Shown: positions 56,401 to 64,000 of the stretch, in pieces
Numbering within the stretch: position 1 is the stretch's first letter
Layout of the letters: each line of letters starts with the position of its first letter
NCBI GenBank assembly: GCA_965263355.1
Contig: CBDHHL010000056.1
Coordinates: 1,056,001-1,120,000 of the forward strand
Reading direction: 5' to 3'
Origin: Leptolyngbyaceae cyanobacterium
Lineage (GTDB): Bacteria > Cyanobacteriota > Cyanobacteriia > Phormidesmidales > Phormidesmidaceae
Length of the DNA stretch: 64,000 nt
The notes under the pieces: generated by a model
What the model was told of the DNA's origin: nothing
Databases searched by the model: none
The model's input: only the letters and a program-made list of their open reading frames with translations
Translations under genes and position numbers: made by a program

Positions 56401-58906
56401 CTTTAACATGCTTTAAGGTTGTATTAAGCCGAGTTTCAGAGGCTTCAAATTGACCTAAAAAATACTCACATTCTCCATATTCTCGATTCAGATCTAGCGT
56501 CACACGATAATGCACATCCCAAGCAGTTTCAAGCAAACGGGAGAGGCCAAACTCAAAATAATCAATGGCGGATTGATAGGCTACAGATAATTTAGCTTTT
56601 ATCCCTGCACGTAAGGAAAGATCTGCTAGTTCTGTCACAGGAATCGACTCTGGATCCGCCTCTATACCCATCATTAAATGATTCAGGATATTAAAAATAT
56701 TATCTTCGCGCTCACTCGGAGATTGATGGGCTAGTAATAATTGTCCAATTTGTAAATGCGTAGACTGTTTTTGATAGCCATCAGGGATAAGAGAATAGGT
56801 GGCTTGTTGTACCCGATCATGTAAAAAGCGATAGCCAACAACAATATCCTCTGAATAGACTTCGTTTTGTGCCCTATCTTGAAAAAACTTATAGGCTTCA
56901 GTTATTGGAATAATTAAGCCTTCTTGAAGGGCAGGCCACAGCTCGGTTGCCACAACCTCGACAGGGGATTTACAGACAATAGCTAAGGTTTCCAATTCAA
57001 ATTGATTACCAATACATGCGGCTAGCGCCATTGCATTTTGGGTGTTTTGGGGCAATTGTTGTAACCGACTGGTCATAAAGACTACAACGTCATCCGTGAG
57101 GATTGCCCCTTGAATCTGTCCGAAGTCGTAATCCCACCTCCCCTGGGCAGCATTGAAGACAATCAGATTGTCGTCGTATAACCCTTTCAATAACTGGGTA
57201 GTAAAAAAGGGATTCCCTTGCGTCTTGTGATAGATTAGGTCCGTCAACGGCTGTACCATGTCAGATGGATAGCTCAAGGTTTCAACCACAAGCTGATGAA
57301 TATGAAGCGAGGATAATGGCGTTAACGTAATAGTTGAGATAGCCGTAGCTTGATTTTCCAATTTCTCCAAGGTTAGCATTAACGGGTGTGCAGGAAACAC
57401 TTCGTTATCACGGTATGCCCCGAGTAAGAGCATGTAGGTGGTCTCACTCTCTCCCATCAATACCTGCATCAAGTTGAGTGATGCCGAATCTGCCCATTGC
57501 AGGTCATCCAAAAATATCACCAGCGGATGCTCTGGGGTAGTAAAAACCGCAATAAATTTTTGAAATAATACATTAAACCGATTTTGCGCTGCGGCCCCGG
57601 AAAGTTCTGTTGCAGCAGGTTGAGTGCCAATGATATGTTCTAGTTCCGGAATCACTTCGATCAATACCTGGCCACTATCCCCGACAACATTGAGGATTCG
57701 CTTACTCCAACAGGCTAACGCTTCATCCGATTCACTCAGCAACTGTCCCATCAAATTCCGAAAGGCTTGCACAAAAGCAGACAAGGGAATGTTGCGATTG
57801 AACTGGTCAAATTTACCTTTGATGAAATAGCCACGCTGTCGCACAATGGGCTTATACACTTCGTTGATCACGGCGGTCTTACCAATGCCGGAGAAACCGG
57901 CCACCAGCATCAGTTTCGAGGCTCCCTTAGCCACTTGATCAAACGCATCTAGCAAGGTTTGCACTTCGCCGTCCCGTCCGTAGAGCTTTTCAGGGATGAG
58001 GAAGCGATCGCACAAATCCCGCTGCCCCAATTTAAATTCATCAATTTTTCCTTGCTCTTTCCACTGAATCAGGCAGTGCTTAAGATCGTGTTTCAAGCCA
58101 AGGGCGCTCTGGTAGCGATCTTCCGCATTTTTGGCCATCAGCTTAGAGACAATCGCTACGACCATTGCAGGTATGTCTGGCCTGATCTGCTCAATGTCAG
58201 TGGGCAACTGCGCCATATGGCAGTGGATTAGCTCCAGCGGGTCATCGCTAGCGAAAGGTAACTGCCCTGTGAGCAGTTCGTAGAGGGTGACCCCCAGAGC
58301 GTAAAAGTCTGTGCGATAGTCAATGGCCCGGTTCATGCGTCCAGTCTGTTCTGGAGCCAAGTAAGCCAATGTGCCTTCCAAGCTCTGCGGACTTTGGATC
58401 GCCTGGGTTTCTTTGGGCAGCAGCGACGCGATGCTAAAGTCGATGAGTTTGAGCTGCTTGGAGTCTGGATGAATCAGAATATTGGCGGGTTTAATATCTT
58501 TATGGATGACCCGGTGCTGGTGCAGCTCGTGGAGAATCTCAGCCAGCTGAGTTGCGATGCTAAGGATCTCCACAAGATCTAGGGAGTATTGCTGCGCATA
58601 TTGCCCCAGGTCAATTCCGGCAATGTCTTCCATCACTAGGGCATAGCCGTTACCGCAGGGCTCTAGGCGGTGAGGACGGATGATACCTGCTATTGGTAAG
58701 TTTTTCGCCACCGTGTACTGATTGCGAAACTGTACTAGTTCTGCAAAGCTCGGATACTCCTGAGACAGTACCTTAATCACCACCGACTGCTGGGTTGCTG
58801 TTTCTATGGCCCGGTATACCGTCGTTCGAGTCCCTTGATAAATTGTTTCTGTAAACGAATAACCAGCCAGTTGATGGGAAGAGAGCGGCGCTGCAGTAAT
58901 GTTCAT
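53495..58906 (-). CDS. Hybrid Ser/Thr kinase - AAA ATPase - GAF - histidine kinase
   Basis: HKDIKPAN, DFS, APEQTGR; GFSGIGKT, LDDLQWAD; GAF domain; HEVNNP, NAID, DNG, GTGLGL. Confidence 0.95.
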   Translation of the reverse strand: MNITAAPLSSHQLAGYSFTETIYQGTRTTVYRAIETATQQSVVIKVLSQEYPSFAELVQFRNQYTVAKNLPIAGIIRPHRLEPCGNGYALVMEDIAGIDLGQYAQQYSLDLVEILSIATQLAEILHELHQHRVIHKDIKPANILIHPDSKQLKLIDFSIASLLPKETQAIQSPQSLEGTLAYLAPEQTGRMNRAIDYRTDFYALGVTLYELLTGQLPFASDDPLELIHCHMAQLPTDIEQIRPDIPAMVVAIVSKLMAKNAEDRYQSALGLKHDLKHCLIQWKEQGKIDEFKLGQRDLCDRFLIPEKLYGRDGEVQTLLDAFDQVAKGASKLMLVAGFSGIGKTAVINEVYKPIVRQRGYFIKGKFDQFNRNIPLSAFVQAFRNLMGQLLSESDEALACWSKRILNVVGDSGQVLIEVIPELEHIIGTQPAATELSGAAAQNRFNVLFQKFIAVFTTPEHPLVIFLDDLQWADSASLNLMQVLMGESETTYMLLLGAYRDNEVFPAHPLMLTLEKLENQATAISTITLTPLSSLHIHQLVVETLSYPSDMVQPLTDLIYHKTQGNPFFTTQLLKGLYDDNLIVFNAAQGRWDYDFGQIQGAILTDDVVVFMTSRLQQLPQNTQNAMALAACIGNQFELETLAIVCKSPVEVVATELWPALQEGLIIPITEAYKFFQDRAQNEVYSEDIVVGYRFLHDRVQQATYSLIPDGYQKQSTHLQIGQLLLAHQSPSEREDNIFNILNHLMMGIEADPESIPVTELADLSLRAGIKAKLSVAYQSAIDYFEFGLSRLLETAWDVHYRVTLDLNREYGECEYFLGQFEASETRLNTTLKHVKAPLDAAQIYEILTNQRITRGIDIQSSIDAALEGLAMLGINIPTHSEALESLTNQELQKVQRVFEQMSPDALLDLPPISDLIQRNCMKLLGSLWTASYIVGKTTLNFLTTLRTINLSLEYGQAEGSSLAYTCYGMVLAFQGDYEQAYQFGKVALSVDRTLQNTKFMGKNNNLFAHSISPYVRPLKENLFLYQESVAICSEVGDLVYGVWAILFIIWTQILQGKVLSEIEEQSQQYLDYVHRCNDQNILYVFQLQQKFIHSLVKGDSSEHLLTYQGFMDNPSLEQWLQNKFEHGINWYGFLVLYRLYLQGNYIHALQVSQHIESTLPTNFGFFPIILYHLYYPLSLLAVYPEVDKHTQNSYWNIIQEQQQILETWSQTCPSTFQHKYDLVSAEMARLNDNPLEAMERYDRAIAGANANHYIQEEALANELAAKFYLNWGKEKVAAGYMQEAYYCYSRWGAKAKVIDLETRYPDLLRVILQSSATSEYMLTTLMTIAAPTASANTGTHNSSSNNDFNQTFDFASILKASQVLSSVIKLDELLRQLTQIILQNSGGDYCALVLPTEQGDWQVQAIASPEETRLQTEPLANNPNLPVKLIQYVKNTQEIIVIDDLVTDLPVVDDYLRAQQPKSVLCLPILNQGSLIGILYLKNNLTSGVFTKERILVLNFLCAQAAISLENARLYQQSQHYAEQLEQSQLQLVQNEKMATLGNLVAGVAHEVNNPIGFLNGSIQNVKDYLQDLFEHLECYQKYHPPTGPVQENAEDIDLEFVLADLPKLLDSMKGATNRIKGISTSLRTFSRADTENKVSANLHEGLDSTLLILKYRLKANEQRPAIDVMKNYGELPEITCFPGQLNQVFMNILANAIDMFDEMAQSMPLKDLKNHPQQITIATAHLADQDAIEVRISDNGWGMPDEVKSRIFDHSFTTKAVGKGTGLGLAIARQIIVDTHGGSLDVQSEVGQGSEFCIRLPL
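53589..53896. repeat. 308-bp identical repeat, copy 1 (HATPase coding region)
   Basis: Identical by eye to 59118-59425. Confidence 0.85.
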
Positions 58907-59023
58907 GAGTTGGACTATTCAGGCAATTCAGACTGCTCTTAAATTTCCCAAAATCCGACCTGACAGTATTGGCTATCGAAGCTGATCAACCTTTCCGCCA
59001 ACTAACCCAACGTTTAGTTCGTG

Positions 59024-62000
59024 TCAGCAGGGTAGTCGAATACAAAATTCTGTGCCCTGACCCACCTCAGACTGTACGTTTAAGCTGCCACCATGGGTAT
59101 CGACTATGATCTGGCGGGCGATCGCTAATCCCAAGCCAGTTCCTTTTCCAACTGCCTTTGTTGTGAAGGAATGGTCAAATATCCTGGACTTCACCTCATC
59201 TGGCATCCCCCAGCCATTATCTGAAATCCGCACCTCAATCGCATCCTGGTCAGCCAAATGAGCAGTCGCAATCGTGATTTGCTGAGGATGATTCTTCAGA
59301 TCTTTGAGGGGCATTGACTGAGCCATCTCATCGAACATATCAATCGCATTGGCCAGAATATTCATAAATACCTGGTTTAGCTGTCCAGGAAAGCAGGTAA
59401 TCTCAGGTAACTCACCATAGTTTTTAATCACTGCGATCGCCGGACGTTTCTCATTCGCTTTGAGCCGATATTTGAGAATTAGTAGCGTGCTATTTAGACC
59501 ATCATGCAAATTAGCACTGACTTTATATTCCGTATCGGCACGGGAGAATGTGCGGAGACTGGTACTGATACCTTTAATGCGATCCGTTGCGTCTTTCATC
59601 GAGCCTAGAAGCTTGGGTAAATCCTCCAGCACAAATTCTAGATCAAGGTCTTCAGCTAAATCTTGCAGCACGGTTGTGGGGGGCTGCTGTTGTTGATACA
59701 TCTCTATATACTTGAACAAATCCTGCACATAGTCTTTAGCATTGCCAATGCTACCGTTGAGGAAACCAATGGGATTATTAACTTCATGGGCCACACCCGC
59801 AACTAAGTTACCCAGCGTGGCCATCTTTTCATTTTGTACAATCTGCAGTTGGGACTGTTCTAGTTGCTGGGCATAGTGTTGAGCCTGTTGATATAGGCGA
59901 GCGTTTTCTAGGGAAATTGCAGCCTGAGAGCAGAGGAAGTTGAGGACTTGAATACGATCCTGGTTAAACACATCTCTGGTGAGATAATTGTTGAGATACA
60001 AAATACCGATGAGCTTTCCTTGATTTAGCAGGGGGAAACACAGAATGCTTTTGGGCTTATGTTCTCTGAGATAATCATCAATCACAGGCAAATCGGTTTC
60101 TAAATCGTTGATGATAATTGTTTCCTGAGTATTCTTGACATATTGGATCAATTTGACTGGCAAATTAAGATTGTTGTCTAGGGGATCCGCATGGAGCTGG
60201 GTGTCTTCGGCCATGGCAATAGCTCGCACCTGCCATTTTTTATGTTCATCAGGGAGAATCAGAGCACAACGATCACCGCCTAAGTTTTGCAGAATAATTT
60301 GGGTTAATTGACGCAGGAGTTCATCTAATTGAATAGTGCTTGAGAGTGCCTGAGACGCCTTTAGAATACTAGAGAAATCAATAGTCTGGTTGAGATTTAA
60401 ACCATTGGAGCTGTGGTGGGTATCGGTATGGGTTAACGTTGTCGAGGTAGCAGAGGTCATAAAGGTGTTCAAAGAATTCTTTGATGACGCTAACGATTGC
60501 AAAATGGGGCGCAGCAATTCAGGATAGCGGGCTTCTAAATCGACAACCTTAGCCTTAGCACCCCAACGAGAATAACAATAGTATGCTTCTTGCATATAGC
60601 CTGCGGCCACTTTCTCTTTGCCCCAGTTCAGGTAAAAATTAGCGGCTAATTCGTTAGCTAATGCTTCCTCTTGTACAAAACCATTTTTCTTAGCGCCAGC
60701 AATTGCAAGATCGTATAGCTCAATAGCTTCAGCCGTTTCCCCCCGTAGTCTAGTGAGTTCTGCCTTCACCATCTGATATTTGTGTAAATAGTTCATGGGG
60801 GCATCACAGCTCCATTGATACAGCTTTTGTAGGCTGTCTTCAATGGAGTTCAGAACTGAGGGGGGTAATTCTTCTGGTGATGCATGGGCCTCTTGTAACT
60901 GGGCTAGAGCCCCATAAAAGTAAGCCAACGGAACATATAGCAACCCAACTGCATCGCTTAAATTGTCCTTTACCCGCTTAGCAAGTTCAAGCGATTGCTT
61001 ATTTTTTCCAAACAAGAAACACAAGATTAACCGATGTAAATCATACTCAAGGGCATACATCCCTTCGAGATCTGGCCGAGGCTGGTAAATATGTCCCGCT
61101 AACTCCCAAGGCTTCTGACAGTCTCCCATCAAATTTACAACAGCTTGGTAATATATGCGGTGGGAACCCAGACTTTGTTCTTGATTGAGCTGTACCATAA
61201 CCCGATCGTAGTTTTCCATATCCGCAATCAAGGTGGTCAAAGACAACCCACAAAAATAGGCATGGGCACAGTAAACCTGAGCTGAAATGGTAGCCGTTTC
61301 GAGATCACCTAAGGTCAAACCCAGTTGATAGGCGTCTAAAAACGGCTGTAGTGTAGAGACAAGCGAGTCATGCCAATGGGTAATAAACAGATGACAATAC
61401 ATTAGGGTTTTCACCTTAATGGTTGGGGAGGGTATCTTTTCCAACAGATTGAGTCCAAGCTGAGAAAATTCATACCCTGCCGCTGTTTTATTACCCGTCA
61501 TGCAGAGCACAATGCCATAACAGACATAGGCAAAGGGAGATGTTTCTGTGTTTCCATAGGCCATCGCAATGTCAATTTGCTTAAGGCTCACGATGCCAAA
61601 CAGATGGGGATCATGGAAAAATGATGGCGTCGTTATACTGGATAAAATTTCCAAAATAGCCTTAGCATAGGGGTCGTCTGTCACTGGAAAATTAAACAGA
61701 TCGCCACTAGAGTACTGGGAAAGCTTTTGGACAGTCAGCTGTTCTGCTTGGAGAAAAGCATCGTGGTCAGGATTTTCGGGTAGGGTGACCCCCAATTTTA
61801 TTAAAATCTCTCGCCCCGTTTGAATAGCTGTAGCTAGCTGTTCTTGAGCTGAGTATGCCTGAATCTTAATGGCGTAGGTTTTGACTTGATCTAACGCTGT
61901 TTTTACATTAGATAAAAAATCGGTAGCTAAGGCTTCCATTAAATCAAAATCACCTTGCAAACAGGCCACTTCTGTTGCTAGTTCATATAACCGTCGGGTA

Positions 62001-64000
62001 AACCCATACTGGGTTTGCCAACTATCGGGAGATTGTAGCCTCAGTGCCATATCAACATACTGTCTAGCTGCACTGTAGGCTGTTGCCAGTTTGGCTTTAT
62101 GGGCCGCCTCAAAATTTAGCTGGGCCAGTTGCTGACGTTGAGGAAGATCGCTCACCAAGTCCACTGCATAATTAAACTGATTGGCAATCTCAAACAAACG
62201 AGTCTCTCGTTGGTGAGCTGGCGTATTACATAATAACAATTGACCAATGTTGAGGTGAGTTTGTTGCTTTTGGTCGTGGGCGATTAAGTCATAGGCAGCT
62301 TGCTGAACATGATCGTGGAGGAAACGATACCCGGCCCGACTGTCACTGACGGGATCTTCCACCTGGCTATCATTGTCTTGAAAGAACTTATAGATATCAT
62401 TTTCTGGAATCATTAAGCCATTCTGAAGAACAGGCCATAGTTCAGCGGCCAATTGTCCCTGGGGCGATCACAGGCAACGGCTAAGGTCTCTAAATCAAAC
62501 TGATTACCAATACAAGCTGCCAGCGTCAGTATTGATTGGGTAGCAGCAGGTAGCTTTTGTAAGCGCTGCCCCACAAACTGGATTACATCCTCGGTGAGGG
62601 ATAACTGTCGGAGCTGCGTTAGGTCAAATTGCCAATAGCCTACCGTGGAGTCAAAGGTGATGAGATTTTCTTCATATAGCCCCTGTAGAAACTGGGTAGT
62701 AAAAAAAGGATTTCCCTGAGTTTTTTGATAAATCAGGTCCGCTAATGGTGCAGCCAACTCCATCGAACACTGCAGTGTATCAGCCACCAAATGGTGAATG
62801 TGTTCGGTGCCCAGTGGCTCTAGGCTCAGTCTATGAATAGTTGCTGGGTGTTGCTTGATAGTCTCCAAGGTCAGCATCAGGGGATGGGTTGGAGATACCT
62901 CATTATCTCGATAAGCACCCAGGACCATCAGATAGCCTATCTCTGAATCTATCATCAGCAGATTTAGTAGGTTAAAGGATGCGGCATCGGCCCATTGCCA
63001 ATCGTCAAGAAAAATGACCAGGGGATGTTCTTTTGCTGTAAACACTCGAACGAACTTGCCAAAGAGTAAATTGAATCGTTTTTGGGCGGCATTACCTGAT
63101 AGTTCTGGGATAGGTGGCTGAGTACCCAAGATTGTTTCTAGTTCTGGAATTAAGTCGATAAGCACCTGGGCATTTTCACCCAAGGCACCTAAAATTCGGG
63201 TCTTCCAGGTTTGCAACTCAGCATCGCTCTCGCTGAGCAATTGCCCTACTAGATCTCGAAATGCTTGGATAAAGGCGCTGAAGGGAATATTGCGGTTGAA
63301 CTGGTCAAACTTACCTTTGATAAAATAGCCCCGTTGCCGCACGATAGGCTTGTGGATTTCGTTCACCACAGCCGTTTTGCCAATGCCAGAAAAGCCTGCT
63401 ACCAGCAGCAACTCTGGAGCACCTTGGGCAGCCCGTTCAAAGGCTTCTAGCAATGCCTGGACTTCAGCCTCGCGACCGTAGAGCTTTTCGGGGATGAGGA
63501 AGCGATCGCAAACATCCCGCTGACCCAAGCTAAAGCTAGCGATTTTTCTTTGCTCTTTCCATTGAGTCAAGCATCGTTCAAGGTCGTATTTCAGACCGTG
63601 GGTGCTTTGGTAGCGGTCCTCCGCATTCTTGCCCATCAGTTTAGTAACAATGGCGGCCACCATGGCTGGCAACCCTGGTTTGACTTGATTGACGGCAATG
63701 GGTAACTGCGTCATGTGACAATGGATCAATTCCAATGGATCGCTACTGGTAAACGGTAGTTTTCCTGTCAGTAGTTGATATAGGGTTATCCCCAGAGCGT
63801 AAAAGTCAGCGCGATAGTCAATGGCCCGGTTCATGCGTCCAGTCTGTTCTGGAGCCAAGTAAGCTAGGGTACCTTCTAAGCTCTTGGGACTTTGAATAAC
63901 CTGAGTTTCTTTAGGCAGCAGCGACGCGATGCTGAAGTCAATTAGTTTGATTTGCTTAGAGTCCGGATGAATCAGAATATTAGCGGGTTTGATATCTTTA
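59024..64000 (-). pseudogene. Second hybrid Ser/Thr kinase-AAA-GAF-His kinase, frameshifted at about 62461 (5' end beyond window)
   Basis: ORFs 62413-63858 and 59024-62452 are consecutive halves collinear with the paralogue at 53495-58906; the reading frame continues to the window edge (KDIKPAN). Confidence 0.8.
59118..59425. repeat. 308-bp identical repeat, copy 2
   Basis: Identical by eye to 53589-53896. Confidence 0.85.

Overview
Cyanobacterial chromosomal DNA: the HIP1 octamer GCGATCGC recurs throughout and there is a cyanobacterial-type PEP-CTERM gene. (1) 1-5.3 kb is the edge of an enediyne-type polyketide locus. It holds a PksE-like ketosynthase running off the left edge (missed by the ORF track), and, divergent from it, a 2TM protein, a flavin-dependent halogenase and a DUF1702/UnbL-like gene. 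(2) About 7.8-40.5 kb is a large accessory island. It encodes a CHAT protease, a TPS/haemagglutinin exoprotein, a TPR protein, a Cys-free precursor with four double-glycine leader/NHNE cassettes, a ProcM-type LanM with a Nif11-type precursor, a three-gene NHLP exporter, two diiron-type oxidases and a wHTH-AAA_35 / AAA_35-CHASE2 / DUF928 signalling operon. About ten copies of a 22-bp box (CCAGACATTTYCTGTAAYGACA) occur in the island, most placed at the -35 position of a sigma70-like promoter, which suggests one regulon. A decaying menF'-menD-menE-gst' block interrupts the RiPP genes. (3) 40.5-64 kb carries metF, trpS, queDEC, a second TPS+CHAT pair and two tandem Ser/Thr kinase-AAA-GAF-His kinase hybrids. 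The second hybrid is frameshifted and shares a 308-bp identical block, starting at a HIP1 site, with the first. All calls come from reading motifs by eye; no database searches were run.
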